A stretch of DNA of 64,000 nucleotides from Squalus acanthias. Taxonomy: Eukaryota. The DNA lies in assembly GCA_030390025.1 (NCBI GenBank), contig CM059431.1, forward strand, positions 94,366,001-94,430,000, given 5' to 3'. Within the stretch, counting starts at the first letter, position 1; the number at the start of each line of letters is the position of its first letter. The position numbers and the translations under genes were made by a program. Shown here in pieces: positions 24,290 through 38,241 of the stretch. Below the pieces are notes generated by a model. The model had not been told where the DNA came from. It saw only the letters and a list, made by a program, of their open reading frames with translations, and made no database searches.

Positions 24290-24545
24290 AAATATTTATT
24301 CTCAGGATGTGGGCGACACTGGCAAAGTCAAATTTATTGCCCATCCCGGGTAGTCCTGAGAATGTGGTGGGCTTTCTACCTGAAGTACTGCAGTCCTTGT
24401 GCTGGTGGTACTCCCATGATTGTGTTAGATTGGGAATTCCATGATATTGACCCAATAATGATGATGGAATAATGATGTATTCCTAATTCAGGAGAGTGCA
24501 TGGATCAGGGGAAGTTGGAGGAGATGGTGTTCCCATGACATTGTT
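24290..24545 (-). mobile_element. LINE 3' fragment (family of 31090-32535)
   Basis: ATTTATTGCCCATCCC...GTGGTGG matches 31132-31340. Confidence 0.65.
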
Positions 24546-24583
24546 AAATAATTATTCATGTTATTAGTATTAGCACAGTCAAA

Positions 24584-27559
24584 GTAGTACCCAGCAGTGT
24601 CACACTCGGTGTAGTTCCCAGCAGTGTCACACTCGGTGTAGTTCCCAGCAGTGTCACACTCGGTGTAGTACCCAGCAGTGTCACACTCGGTGCAGTACCC
24701 AGCAGTGTCACACTCGGTGTAGTACCCAGCAGTGTCACACTCGGTGTAGTACCCAGCAGTGTCACACTCGGTGTAGTTCCCAGCAGTGTCACACTCGGTG
24801 CAGTACCCAGCAGTGTCACACTCGGTGTAGTACCCAGCAGTGTCACACTCGGTGTAGTACCCAGCAGTGTCACACTCGGTGTAGTACCCAGCAGTGTCAC
24901 ACTCGGTGTAGTACCCAGCAGAGTCACACTCGGTGTAGTACCCAGCAGTGTCACACTCGGTGTAGTACCCAGCAGTGTCACACTCGGTGTAGTACCCAGC
25001 AGTGTCACACTCGGTGTAGTTCCCAGCAGTGTCACACTCGGTGCAGTACCCAGCAGTGTCACACTCGGTGTAGTATTCAGCAGTGTCACACTCGGTGCTG
25101 TACCCAGCAGTGACACACTCGGTGCTGTACCCAGCAGTGACACACTTGGTGCAGTACCCACAAGTGTCACACTCGTTGTAGTATTCAGCAGTGACACACT
25201 CGGTGCTGTACCCAGCAGTGTCACGCTCGGTGCAGTATTCAGCAGTGTCACACTTGGTGCTGTACCCAGCAGTGACACACTCGGTGCTGTACCCAGCAGT
25301 GACACACTCGGTGCAGTACCCAGCAGTGTCGCAGTCGGTGTAGTGCCCAGCAGTGTAATACTCGGTGTCGTACCCAGCAGTGACACACTTGGTGCAGTAC
25401 CCACAAGTGTCACACTTGGTGTAGTACCCAGCAGTGTCACACTCGGTGCTGTACCCAGCAGTGACACACTTGGTGCAGTACCCACAAGTGTCACACTTGG
25501 TGTAGTACCCAGCAGTGTCACACTCGGTGCTGTACCCACAAGTGTCACACTTGGTGTAGTACCCAGCAGTGTCACACTCGGTGCTGTACCCAGCAGTGAC
25601 ACACTTGGCGCAGTACCCAGCAGAGTCACACTTGGTGCAGTACCCAGCAGTGTCACTCTCGGTGTAGTACCCAGCAGTGTCACACTCGGTGCTGTACCCA
25701 GCAGTGACACACTTGGCGCAGTACCCAGCAGTGTCACACTCGGTGCAGTACCCAGCAGTGTCACACTCGGTGTAGTACCCAGCAGTGTCACTCTCGGTGT
25801 AGTACCCAGCAGTGTCACACTCGGTGTAGTACCCAGCAGTGTCACACTCGGTGTAGTACCCAGCAGTGTCACACTCGGTGCAGTACCCAGCAGTGTCACA
25901 CTCGGTGCAGTACCCAGCAGTGTAACACTCTGTGTAGTACCCAGCAGTGTCACACTCTGTGTAGTACCCAGCAGTGTCACACTCGGTGTAGTACCCAGCA
26001 GTGTCACACTCGGTGTAGTACCCAGCAGTGTCACACTTGGTGTAGTACCCAGCAGTGTCACACTCGGTGTAGTACCCAGCAGTGTCACACTCGGTGTAGT
26101 ACCCAGCAGTGTCACACTCGGTGCAGTGCCCAGCAGTGTCACACTCGGTGTAGTACCCAGCAGTGTCACACTTGGTGCAGTACCCAGCAGTGTCACACTC
26201 GGTGTAGTACCCAGCAGTGTCACACTCGGTGTAGTACCCAGCAGTGTCACACTCGGTGTAGTACCCAGCAGTGTCACACTCGGTGTAGTACCCAGCAGTG
26301 TCACACTCGGTGTAGTACCCAGCAGTGTCACACTCGGTGTAGTACCCAGCAGTGTCACACTCGGTGTAGTACCCAGCAGTGTCACACTCGGTGTAGTACC
26401 CAGCAGTGACACACTCGGTGTAGTACCCAGCAGTGTCACACTCGGTGTAGTACCCAGCAGAGTCACACTCGGTGCAGTACCCAGCAGTGTCACACTCGGT
26501 GTAGTACCCAGCAGTGTCACACTCGGTGTAGTACCCAGCAGTGTCACACTCGGTGTAGTACCCAGCAGTGTCACACTCGGTGTAGTACCCAGCAATGTCA
26601 CACTCGGTGTAGTACCCGGCAGAGTCACACTCGGTGTAGTACCCAGCAGTGTCACACTCGGTGTAGTACCCAGCAGTGTCACACTCGGTGTAGTACCAGC
26701 AGTGTCACACTCGGTGTAGTACCAGCAGTGTCACACTCGGTGTAGTACCCAGCAGTGTCACACTCGGTGTAGTACCCAGCAGTGTCACACTCGGTGTAGT
26801 ACCCAGCAGTGTAATACTCGGTGTAGTACCCAGCAGTGTCACACTCGGTGTAGTACCCAGCAGTGTCACACTCGGTGTAGTACCCAGCAGTGTCACACTC
26901 GGTGTAGTACCCAGCAGTGTCACACTCGGTGTAGTACCCAGCAGTGTCACACTCGGTGCAGTACCCAGCAGTGTCACACTCGGTGTAGTACCCAGCAGTG
27001 TCACACTTGGTGCAGTACCCAGCAGTGTCACACTCGGTGTAGTTCCCAGCAGTGTAATACTCGGTGTCGTACCCAGCAGTGTCACACTCGGTGTCGTACC
27101 CAGCAGTGTCACACTCGGTGTAGTACCCAGCAGTGTCACACTCGGTGTAGTACCCAGCAGTGTCACACTCGGTGTCGTACCCAGCAGTGTCACACTCGGT
27201 GCTGTACCCAGCAGTGTCACACTCGATGCAGTACCCAGCAGTGTCACTCTCGGTGCTGTACCCAGCAGTGACACACTTGGTGTAGTACCCAGCAGTGTCA
27301 CACTCGGTGTAGTACCCAGCAGTGTCACACTCGGTGTAGTACCCAGCAGAGTCACACTCGGTGTAGTACCCAGCAGTGTCACACTCGGTGTAGTACCCAG
27401 CAGTGTCACACTCGGTGTAATACCCAGCAGTGTCACACTCGGTGTAGTACCCAGCAGTGTCACACTCGGTGTAGTACCCAGCAGTGACACAATCGGTGTA
27501 GTACCCAGCAGTGTCACACTTGGTGCAGTACCCAGCAATGTCACACTCGGTGCAGTGCC
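24584..27559. repeat. Minisatellite, 27-bp unit CCCAGCAGTGTCACACTCGGTGTAGTA, about 110 copies
   Basis: Direct tandem array with point variants; two 26-bp units near 26695-26725. Confidence 0.98.
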
Positions 27560-27742
27560 TGTCCTACATGGCTGTGCACTCCACAGTGTAATACATTCAG
27601 AGCTGTACATTTTTTAAAGAAATCTTTACTTCTTAGAAATGCAATGTAACTCCTCAGAAACCTGTCTGTGTCCTCTGCGCATTGATTTCAATCTGTATCA
27701 GTTTCATTTCTATTAACAACTCATATTGTCTCCATCTTCCAG

Positions 27743-27851
27743 CTGAAATAAATGGGATGTTCCACCTGTCGGTTGCAATTCTTGCACCATTAGGAATCGC
27801 AATAATCTCAGTGACTGGGGTTATTTGCTGCAGAAGATGTTTTTATAAAAC
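27743..27851 (+). CDS. Transmembrane exon of the CD200R-like receptor
   Basis: catcttccag| acceptor and AC|gtaagt donor; phase 1 to 2. AEINGMFHLSVAILAPLGIAIISVTGVICCRRCFYK: hydrophobic span with no Lys/Arg/Asp/Glu, then Cys/Arg stop-transfer. Confidence 0.9.
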
Positions 27852-27892
27852 GTAAGTATGTTGCAAAACCTGGTCTACATACTTAGGCTGAA

Positions 27893-28473
27893 ATATAGAA
27901 ACATAGAAGATAGGAGCAGGAGTAGGCCATTCGGCCCCTCGAGCCCGCTCCGCCATTCGATGAGATCATGGCTGATCATCCAAACTCAGTACCCTGTACC
28001 TGCCTTCTCCCCATATCCCTTGATACCTTTAGATTTAAGAAATATATCTAACTCATTCTTGAATATATTTAATGACTTGGCTTCAATTACCTTTTGTGGT
28101 AGAGAATTCCACAGGTTCACCACTCTCTGGGTGAAGAAATTCTTCCTCATTTCTGTCCTAAATGGCTTACCCCTTATCCTTAGATTATGACCCCTGGTTC
28201 TGGACTCTCCAACCATCGGGAACATTCTTCCTGCATCTAGTTTGTCCAGACTTGTCAGAATTTTATATGTTTCGATGAGATCCCCTCTCATTCTTCGATA
28301 CTCCAGCGAGTATAAGCCTAATCGACCCATTCTCTCCTCATATGTCATTCCTGCCATCCCAGGTATCAGCCTTGTGAATCTTCACTGAACTCCTTCCATG
28401 GCAAGAACATCCTTCCTCAGATAAGGCGACCAAAACTGCACACAGTACTCAAGGTGTGGTCTCACCAAGGCCC
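27893..28473 (-). mobile_element. CR1 3' fragment
   Basis: ORF 27986-28357 is CR1 ORF2 C-terminus, followed by 3' UTR. Confidence 0.92.
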
Positions 28474-28704
28474 ATCCTCATAGCCCTGTAATTTTTTTCT
28501 CTTCAAGTATTTATATGGGCACATTAGTGGGCTTCAGGTGTACAGAAGGGATCACAGTGCCACTTCCCATGTATACTCATTGGAAGATGATCTCCGTGAA
28601 AGTACCATACAACTTGGTTACCATGGAAATGTCTTTTGCTGCAGTGCCAGCCTCTGATGGCTTTTATTGCCGTAGAGTGAAACGATAGACATTACCTGCT
28701 CTAA

Positions 28705-29350
28705 ACATAGAATCATAGAATGATTCAGCACAAGAAAGAGTTCATTCGGCCCATCGTGCCTGTGTCGGCTCTTTGGTAAAGCTATCCAATTAATCCCACT
28801 CCCTGCTCTTTTCTCATTGCCCTGTAATTTTTTTCCCTTCAAGTATTTATCAACTTCTCTTTTGAATGTTACTGTTGAATCTGCTTCCACCACCCGTTCA
28901 GGCAGTGCATTCCAGATCACAACAACTCGCTGTGTAAAACAATGTTTCCTCATGTTGCCTCTGGTTCTTTTGGCAAACACTTTAAATCTGTCCTCTGGTT
29001 ACCAACCCTTCTGTCACTGGAAACAATTTCTCTTATTTACTCTATCAAAACTATTCATGATTTTGAACACCTCTATCAAATCTTCTCTTAACCGTCTCTG
29101 CTCTAAGGAGAAAAACCCCAGCTTCTCCTGTCTCTCCACATAAATTAAGTCCCTGTTTTTGTACTCTTTTCCTCTATTTAGAAAATCAAGGATCCTATAG
29201 GCTTTTTTAACAGCCTTCTCAACATGTCCGGCCACCTTCAAAGATTTGTGAACATACACCCCAGGTCTCTCTGTTGCTGCACCCCCTTTAAAATTGTACC
29301 ATTTAGTTCATATTGCCTCTCCTCATTATTCATACCAAAATGTATCATTA
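28705..29350 (-). mobile_element. CR1 3' fragment
   Basis: HKSLKVAGHVEKAVKKA; FTQRVVVIWNALP; ATTCTATG tail. Confidence 0.88.
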
Positions 29351-29721
29351 TCAATTTCCATCGATGTAATGTTGAATTTCATGACAGGAAATTCAACATT
29401 ACATTTTTATGAAAATACACAGATAAGAGCCCAGTTAAAAAGGTAGAGAATTAGAGATAATAAGTATCAGTAGCTGCAGAATTTACAGGTTTGATACCAA
29501 TCAGGTTATACAGTCGTGCTTAGGGCTCCTCTCCTCCGTGTAAAAATACTCAACAATAAAACTGCGAAGGTATCAGCTTGTTCCAGCACCAAACCTCTTC
29601 CCTTCTCATCACTTTGTCTATTTCTTGGAATAATTACAGATGCTCACAGATTTTAAATATACCCATACATTGAGATGTTTTTTAATGAATATTTTGTAAC
29701 ACATACCTGTTAAGTAAGTTA

Positions 29722-32700
29722 GGCCGGAATCTTTACCTTGGAGTCATGTTTTGTGCGTGCGGACCGCATAGTGGGTCGGGAGCCCAATGTTGTGAGCAGC
29801 ACATTCTTCAGCGCAACTTTAACTTAATGGCCCCAATTAATCCAGTCATGTGCGTTTCCCGACCCTATTAAATGGAGCAGGTCTGATGACGTCAATGATG
29901 ACTCGTTTCCAGCACCGATATTTAAAACAGCCTTGTACACATCTCATTTCAAGATTGGTGAAGGAGTGTTCAAGGTGATTTCCAGAGGTCTGACTACTGT
30001 TACAAAGCTTATAAAAGTGTCGGTCATGGATACACAAAGGCAGAGGGCGGCACCAAGATTTAGCGATGCATCCCTCGATGGTGCAGGCAGTGAGAGCACG
30101 CAGGGAGGTCCTCTTCCCTGGTGATCGGCGCAAAAGACCACCCAAATACACTGAAAGGGCATGGTTGGAGATCACAGAGGAGGTCAACAGCAGGGATGTT
30201 CTCAGGAGGACGTGGATCCAGTGCAGGAAAAGATTCAACGATCTCATGAGATCAGGAAAGGTGAGTGCAATGTCACACTCACCTACATCCTGATGTGTCT
30301 GTCACCAAATCCCTATCACTCTGCCATTCAAAGCTTACTTTTGCACATCATTCCTCACACCAAACTACCTTGCAGGTCCACCCATCCGTCTCTGTCTATG
30401 CACCTACTGACATCCTCATCTGACTAACCACCCCTGACACTCACCTTCATCTTGATGCAATCATAGAAAGTAACACCACAGAAGGAGGCCATTTGGCAAT
30501 GTCACCCCACTCCCTCATAGTCACCCTCTACAGACGTAGCCCATCCATTCCTTACACTCATTCCATCACTCTCACTCAAAGTTCTCTTCTTTCCCCCCTT
30601 GCAGGAGAAGAGAGCCCAGAACAATAGGGAGAAGCAGAGAACCGGAGGTGGCCCTCCAGTCGTCACTCAGTTGAATCCAGCAGAGGAGGAGGCCCTGGAG
30701 ATCACTGGAGTTGCAGAGCTGCTGGCGGTGGGAGACGGAGAGAGGGGGACATCCCAGCAACCAGGTGACAGAATTACATCTCATCCAGCCACATGGCATG
30801 CAGCAGTTACTCATATGGTGACTGAAGTCAGAAGCCAGTGAAATTTCATCATGTGCATAATGGTAACGTTACCCATTCTTATTATAACACTTCTAATTCA
30901 TCTCTTTACTCTCCCACAGGTCCATCAAGTGCCCCCCCCCCCCCACCCCACCACACTGTCCAGCTGCAGGAGGAAGACGACTCCTCAGAGGAAGCTCCAG
31001 CCTCTGAGGGTGCAGCATCAGCAGACCCAAGCGCAGCCAGCACCAGCGCAGATACGCACACCTCGGTGGGTTCTGTGCAAGATAGAGACATTTTTTTTAA
31101 GTTTGTTTGTGGGCGTCGCTGGCAAGGCCAGCATTTATTGCCCATCCCTAATTGCCCTTGAGAAGTTGGTGATGAGCCGCCTTCTTGAACTGCTGCAGTT
31201 CGTGTGGTGAAGTTACTCCCACAGTGCTGTTAGGTAGGGAGTTCCAGGATTTTGACCCAGCGACGATGAAGGAGCGACGATATACTTCCAAGTCAGGATG
31301 GTGTGTGACTTGGAGGAGAACTTGGAGGTGGTGGTGTTCCCATGCGCCTGTTGCCCTTGTCCTTCTCGGTGGAAGAGGTCGCGGGTTTGGGAGGTGCTGC
31401 TGAAGAAGCCTTGGCGAGTTGCTGCAGTGCATCTTGTAGATGGTATACACTGCAGCCACAGTACGCCGGTGGTGGAGGGAGTGAATGTTTAAGGTGGTGG
31501 ATGGGGTGCCAATCAAGCGGGCTGATTTGTCCTGGATGGTGTCGAGCTTCTTGAGTGTTGTTGGAGCTGCACTCATCCAGGCAAGTGGAGAGTATTCCAT
31601 CACACTCCTTACTTGTGCCTTGTAGATGGTGGAAAGGCTTTGGAGAGTCAGGAGGTGGGACACTCGCCGCAGAATACCTAGCCTCTGACCTGCTCTTGTT
31701 GCCACAGTATTTGTGTGGCTGGTCCAGTTAAGTCTTTGGTCCATGGTGACCCCAGGATGTTGATGGTGGGGGATTCGACAATGGTAATGCTGTTGAATGT
31801 CAGGGGGGGTGGTTAGACTCTCGCTTGTTGGAGATAGTCATTGTCTGGCACTTCTGTGGTGCGAATGTTACCTGCCACTTATCAGTCCAAGTTTGAACGT
31901 CGTCCAGGTCTTTTTGCATGCGGGCATGGACTGCTTCATTATCTGAGGAGTTGGGAATGGCACTGAACACTGTGCAGTCATCAGCGAACATCCCCATTTC
32001 TGACCTTACGTTGGAGGGAAGGTCATTGATGAAGCAGCTGAAGATGGTTGGGCCTAGGACACTATCCTGCAGCGATGTCCTGGGGCTGTGATGATTGACC
32101 TTCAACCACCACAACCATCTTCCTTTGTGCTAGGTGTGACTCCAGCCAGTGGAGAGTTTCCCCCCCCCCGATTCCCATTGACTTCAGTTTTACTAGAGCT
32201 CCTTGATGCCTCTTGGTCAAATGCTGCTTTGATGTCAAGGGCATTCACTCTCACCTCACCTCTGGAATTCAGCTCCTTTGTCCATGATTGGACCAAGGCT
32301 GTAATGAGGTCGGGTGCCGAGTGGTCTTGGCAGAACCCAAACTGGGCATCAGTGAGCAGGTTATTGGTGAATAAGTGCCGCTTGATTGCACTGTTGATGA
32401 CACCTTCCATCACTTTGCTGATGATTGAGAGTAATTGGCCGGATTGGATTTGTCCTGCTTTTTGGTGACAGGACATACCTGGGCAGTTTTCCACATTGTC
32501 GGATAGATGCCAGTGTTGTAGCTGTACTGGAACACCTGGTGTCTCACAAGTCACAAGTGAGCAGTAGAGACTCCTCGCCGGAGGGCGCAGAACGCTTCAA
32601 GCTCTGCTGAGCTGCATGCAGATGCTGAGCCTCGGGGGCCATTGAGAAAGAGGTGATCTTGGAGGGGTAGTAACAATTGCATGAGGATCTGGCAGCTTTT

Positions 32701-33500
32701 GCAGCCGCGATGTCTGTAAATTGCAGAGAATGGCAGAGTCCATCTCCAACATGAGCGCCACCATGTCGCAAGCGATGGCGATAATGTGCTGTTCCAGGGA
32801 AAGGACGGCCATCTGCATGAAGCATTAAATGCGCCAGTCACATGAGCACATTTGCTGTGGACAACAGATGGCAGACGCTCATAAACCTCATCTCTAGGAG
32901 GGATATAAACGTAGACTTGGGTGTTCATCGTCCCACTGCTGTGAAACAAGGTGCTCTCCAGCTCCTTCCTAACAGGGAAGTACGGGTGGCCCATGAGAGG
33001 GATGATGTTGAGAGGGGACAAGGAAGTGGGGGCTCTTCTCAAAGCGCTTCTCCCCCATTGTCGAACCCTCAGTCAGAGCCCCACATGCTTCCTCGGATCC
33101 CGATGGCCGAGTGTGCCCCTGCATAGTTGCAGGAGGAGCAGTCTTTGGCAGGGCCCTCACAGGCTCCAAAACCCAGTGGACGTCCGCCAAATGTTTCAAA
33201 GCAGTCGCAGCAGAGAAGTGAGCACCTGCCTCTACCTCTGCTGAAGCCACAGGGGTTGCACCTCGTAGAAGCACTTGGAAAAGAAAAAATACACAATCCT
33301 AGATGCACAAGGGTATGCACATGGGTGTATGAACAAATGTTAGTGATAAGTTTCAGTTATTTGTATGACACAGATAAATGTATTTTTTGCACCACTTTCC
33401 GGTCTTGTCCATTTTTGCCTGCTACCTTGGAAGTAGCTTTGTCACTTGGAGTGAATGGTGAGACATTACTTAACCTCGAATTGAGGACAAGCACAAAGTT
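29722..33500 (+). mobile_element. Harbinger H4 (Myb half only; no transposase or right end found)
   Basis: TTA|GGCCGGAATCTTTAC terminus; Myb exons 30026-30260, 30605-30764 and 30920-~33290, closely related to H1. Confidence 0.82.
31090..32535 (-). mobile_element. CR1/L2-group LINE, RT and 3' end, nested in H4
   Basis: QFGFCQDHS, ALDIKAAFD, LGPTIFSCFINDLP, MFADD, YKAQVRSVMEYS. Confidence 0.9.
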
Positions 33501-34319
33501 GTTTTACTTATCCAGTTTGAGTCCGACTGGAAATAAGTGTTCCTAGTAGGTAGTTTAAGGAATCATCTAGAATGAAGCTCAACAGTGGCCTTGCGTTCAA
33601 GTTTCTTCTGCTAAAAATAACTAGCAAGTCCCTGATTTCAGGAGTCACAGCATGTCTGTGTGTGTACATGCCATAGTGGGAACCAAGGAATGATGCCTGA
33701 ACACTACAGCAGTACAGGCTGAAGACGTAAGGTATGTCCCCACCCAAGTCTGGATGGGACCTAATAGCACAAGAGCTCACATTATGCAGAGAAACAAAGG
33801 AGCTGCAGCCACAAGCCCCAGCGGAAGGGACCGTTGAACTGAACACCTGCTGTTAGCTGACCAGGAGGGATTATCCATCATGCTTGAATAAAGCTGACTC
33901 CAAATCATTGATGGAATGACTGCTATCAAACAATGCGAGTCCTCCAATCACTGTAGATTGAGTCCAATGAGTTGGCCCAGGGCCAGAGTTCCCCTAAGGG
34001 GCATCAATGGTGTGCCAAACTCACTCAGCACTGTTGTCACGTAACAGTAGTATGTAAGGGAGGGGTTTCTTTGGGAACAGATGCTGAGGTACGAAAGGCA
34101 GTTGAATTGATACAATTTATTTAGTGTCATATCATATTGGAACAGCTCAAGCGCTTTACACCATGAATTATAATAACTTATTTAGGCAAACACCCCCTGC
34201 CCTGGTAAAGCAAGGATCAATGTCATTCCCTCATTGTGACCCAGGTGAACTGAATGTGATGGGGAAGTGCCATCTGTTGGAGTGACCCTGGGATGTATTC
34301 ATGTTCTGTTTTAGATAAC

Positions 34320-34395
34320 TAGACAGAGAAAGAGATCAATGGACATACAGATAGACAGATACATAGATAGATAGGTAGGTAGGTACATAGATATG
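34320..34395. repeat. Compound GATA/GACA/GGTA microsatellite
   Basis: Directly visible. Confidence 0.7.
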
Positions 34396-34483
34396 TAGCA
34401 CATCTTTTTCTTTACACCTCTCCACATTAGAAATGATGAATCAGTGAGTTAATGTATATTTTTCATATTCTTCCAAAATACAG

Positions 34484-34535
34484 GAACCAGGAGGAAAGCA
34501 GTGTTCAGAATGGGCCCTCGAATGGATGTTCACCG
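34484..34535 (+). CDS. Cytoplasmic exon of the CD200R-like receptor
   Basis: ttcttccaaaatacag| acceptor and CCG|gtaatg donor; 52 bp, phase 2 to 0; TNQEESSVQNGPSNGCSP. Bridges the TM exon (phase 2) and the terminal exon (phase 0). Confidence 0.7.
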
Positions 34536-34639
34536 GTAATGATTAGCTGGCTGTACACAGTCAGTATCTTTTCTTTACAACCCGTAAGGAGACACTGGGT
34601 TGCCCCAATGTCATCAACCCCAAAAATAGAGGGGTATAA

Positions 34640-35330
34640 CTAATAAAAACCCAAATCATAAAAAACAAAGGAAACTTGTCAAATTAAATAATAGTTATTT
34701 GCACTGTCCACTACATACTCCAGTCGCTGCGGTGCCCACTGGTTGCGGAAGGCCTCAAGTGTACTGGCGGACACCACGTGCTCCTTCTCCAGAGCCACCC
34801 GGGCGTGGACAAAGCTGTGAAAGAGAGGCTGGCAACCAGAGCGACCACCTCACGGGCCGCATCCAACCTGGACCTGTGGATGGCCACCTTGGCCAGGCCC
34901 AGGAACAGACCCACGAGGAGGTCCTCCGACTTGCCCGCCCCCCTTGGCACCAGGTAGCCAAACTTCAGGAGAGTGGGACTGAAATGGAGCTAGAAGTTGA
35001 GGAGCAGCCCTTTCAAATAGTGGAACAGGGGCTGCGACCTCCCACACTCCTTGTAAATGTGATACGTGGACTCATCCAGGTAGCAGGAGTTACAGGCGGC
35101 CTGGAAGTCTGTGAAATGACTCAAAAACCTATTGGATTGGGCTGCTCAATGCAACACTCTCCACCCCAGATCTCCAATGGTCCAGGGGAGGACTCTGCAT
35201 AGAGAATCCTCCAGAGGGGCTCCTGCTTCAGCCGGACAACAAGTTGGCGTCCGGATGGAAGACGAGGGCGAGGTAGTGGAGAGTGTGCAGGAACAGCCCG
35301 TACAGGAAATCCCTCCGTCCATGTGTTTCT
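34640..35330 (-). mobile_element. Tx1/L1-clade non-LTR retrotransposon 3' fragment
   Basis: Minus-strand peptide DLLVGLFLGLAKVAIHRSR is typical of the Tx1-like ORF2 C-terminus. Confidence 0.65.
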
Positions 35331-36124
35331 ACTTCTGCATCATTTTCAGCTTCACATTGACAATGGCAGAATCACAGCAGAAATTCTGGTCTTTGAGCAA
35401 CCCAACTTCACTGGATTGGTATTAACAGTTTAATATCTCATCCAAAATCTAACTTCTCTGGCAATGCAGCCCTCCCTCAGCACTTACTGTAACAACCTAA
35501 ACTAAATAGTAAAGAACTGAAATTGTGCTCAATTCCATAACCTTATGAGTCAGAGGCAAGACAACTACCAACTGAGCCAAGCTGAGAGGCTCTCCATTTT
35601 TGCATTTTGTTATCTCACGCACTGTATAGATCTTGTTTCATCTTTACCAGAATCTGTGTGTCATATAACTCAGTAAAGAAAACTACATTATTTCCTCTTG
35701 GTCCATTGCCTTTAGAAAGTCAGTCCATCTGCAAAAAGAAAAGTTAGACTAATTCCATGCATAGATTGCCTTTTCACTATGTCCTACCATGAGTATCCAA
35801 TGTCACCTTATACATTTCAGGGAGGTATTCTCAACTGAGTCTACAAGTAGTTTAAGGTCAATGCAACAATTTCTATCAGACTTATTCTTAACTGGTCTAA
35901 TATTTGGGAAAATAAGCTTCACAGGATTTTCTTCAAGGGGTTTGGGGCCAAGATGATCTACGGTGCATGGCTTTCCATGAGCTTATTTTCAATTTGATTG
36001 TTCTCTGTAATTTTATCATCAAAATAGTTTGAGACTTTGATGGCCTTTAGCTTTATCTGATGATCAAGTAATTGAGCCCTGCACATTAAAAATATATCAC
36101 AAACAATCCAATCAGGTTGATCTT

Positions 36125-36380
36125 TTCATAGAATCATAGAGCACAGAAGATGTCCATTCGGCCTGTCGTGAATGTGTTGGGTCTTTGAAGGAGCTAGCCA
36201 ATTAGTCCCAATCTTCTGCTCTTTCCCCACAGCCCTGCAAATTTTTATTTTTCAAGTATTTATTCAATTCCCTTTTGAAAGTTACCATTGAATCTGCTTC
36301 CACCACCCTTTCAGGCAGTGCATTCCAGATCATAATAACTTGCTGAGTAAAAATAATTCTCCTCATCTCCACCTTGTTCT
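36125..36380 (-). mobile_element. CR1 3' fragment
   Basis: FTQQVIMIWNALPERVVEA; ATTCTATG tail. Confidence 0.85.
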
Positions 36381-36404
36381 TTTGACACTGTTGATTTCTA
36401 TTGT

Positions 36405-36820
36405 GTAATGTCAGTGGTAGCACTCTTGCCTCTGAGTTATTGATGCCAAGCCCCACTCCAGCACCTGAGCACATAAATCTAGACTGACACTTCGGTACCG
36501 TACTAAGGGAGTACTGCAGTGTCACAGGTGCTATCTTTCAGCTGAGATAATAAACTGAGGCCCTGTTTAGCTGGATGTAAAAGATTCCATGGTACTATTG
36601 AAGAAGAACAGGGGGTGCTTCTGGTGTGCTGGCCAACATTCCTCTTTCAACCAACACCACCAAACGCAGATCAACTGGTCATTTTCTCACTGCTGTTTGT
36701 GAGATTTTGCAGTTTGTAAAATGGCTGCCATGTTTGCATGCATAACAGTGACCACACTTTAAATAATTAATTGACTGTGATGTGAAAGGCACCATATCAA
36801 TGCAAGTTCTTTCTTTTCTA
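36405..36820 (+). mobile_element. Deu-domain SINE
   Basis: tRNA-like head remnant, Deu core and L2-like tail; similar to 10824-11140. Confidence 0.78.
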
Positions 36821-36829
36821 GCGTCCATA

Positions 36830-37710
36830 ACAATAGAACCATAGAATGTTACAGCACAAAAACAGGCCATCTGGCCCATCAAGTTTGCAGGAGTGTTTTT
36901 CTCAATTGAGCCACGCAGTCTAATTCTACACTTCTGTTTACTCCCATGAATTTTAATATTCCTCTTTTATAAGCAACTATCTAATTCCCTTTTGAAAGAA
37001 TTTATAGACTCTACTAAAATAACAGATTGTGGCAAGGAATCCCATGTTCTAACCGCCCTCTGTGTAAAGGAACTTTTTCTAACTTCCCTTTTAATTCTTT
37101 ATTATTTTAAATTAGTGCTCTCTTGTTACCATTTCACCAACCAATGGAAACAATCACTATTTATCTCATCATAATCCTTCATAATCTTGACGACCTCTAT
37201 CATATGCCTTCTTATCTTCTCAGCTTCATGAAAAAGCTCTAACTTCTCATCTATTTTCAGAACTGTAAGCCCTCATCCCAGGTCATATCCCAGCGAATCT
37301 ACATTGCGTCTTTTTCATTGCTTTTATACCCATCACTTAATGCAATGTCCAAAACTGTACACACTACTCCAACTGCAGCCTGACCAAGGTCTTGTACAGG
37401 CTAAGCATTACCGCCTTGGTTTTGTATTCTATGCCTCTAGATACAAAACCAAGGATGCTGTTTGCCTTTTTTATGACCTCATGTATTTATATTGCTATTT
37501 TAATGACCTGTGTATCTGCACACCAAGATCCCTCTGTTTGTCCACTCCAGTTCAATTCTTTCCATCTAAGATGCCTTTCCTTTCCTTATTCTTATATCCA
37601 AAATGTATCACTGCACACCTATCTGTCCATCTGCGAGCCTATCTACCGTATTTCACACTCTTCTATTCGCCCTACCTCCAAACTTGATGTCATCAGCAAA
37701 TTTCCAATAT
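36830..37710 (-). mobile_element. Old CR1 fragment
   Basis: Degenerate RT C-terminus and 3' UTR. Confidence 0.7.
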
Positions 37711-37989
37711 TATATATTCTGGATCATTTACGTTTGCATATGCAGTACTTAATAGCTTTGATGTTTGTTTCTTTTACTTTCTAATTTTAGTTTTTTTTAT
37801 TCCTACTGGCTGCTGATTGTTGCCTCTGGTGAGTTGGTGCATTGCCAACTCTTTCAAATAGCTGCAGTACAGAACGATATTTGTATATAAGTGCTGGATG
37901 ATATTTAGCTGTTATAACTAGTTTAGTTTTGAGTGAAAAGAATGGACATCATGAAATATATTTAACTCTGCAAGCAAGTAAGAATCTGT

Positions 37990-38241
37990 AATTTTATTCA
38001 TTCTCGGGATGTGGATGTCACTGACAAGACTGGCATTTATTGCCCTTCCCTAGTTGTCCTGAGAAGGTGGTGGTGGATATTCTTCTTGAACCACTGCATG
38101 TAACAGTTTGATAGGCCAGTTCAGAGTCAATCACATTGGTGTGGGACAGGAGTCACATATAGGCCAGACTAGGTGAGGACGGCAGGTATCCTTCCCCAAA
38201 GGGCAACAATCCAACAGCTTCAAGCCAATTCCACAGATACC
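37990..38241 (-). mobile_element. 3' half of a SINE split by Harbinger H5 (5' half at 46174-46315)
   Basis: Tail matches the 3' end of the 31090 LINE; tRNA-like head on - at 46225-46312. Confidence 0.65.

Noticed and set aside
24584..27559. CRISPR array, or 708/458/301-aa protein genes
   Set aside because: No unique spacers or cas genes, and the context is eukaryotic. The ORFs follow from a stop-free 27-bp unit and break at 1-bp deletions.
34431..34443. 13-bp micro-exon (ag|AAATGATGAATCA|gtgagt)
   Set aside because: Only 40 bp from the next acceptor and phase-incompatible with it. It could only be a mutually exclusive alternative and has no other support.
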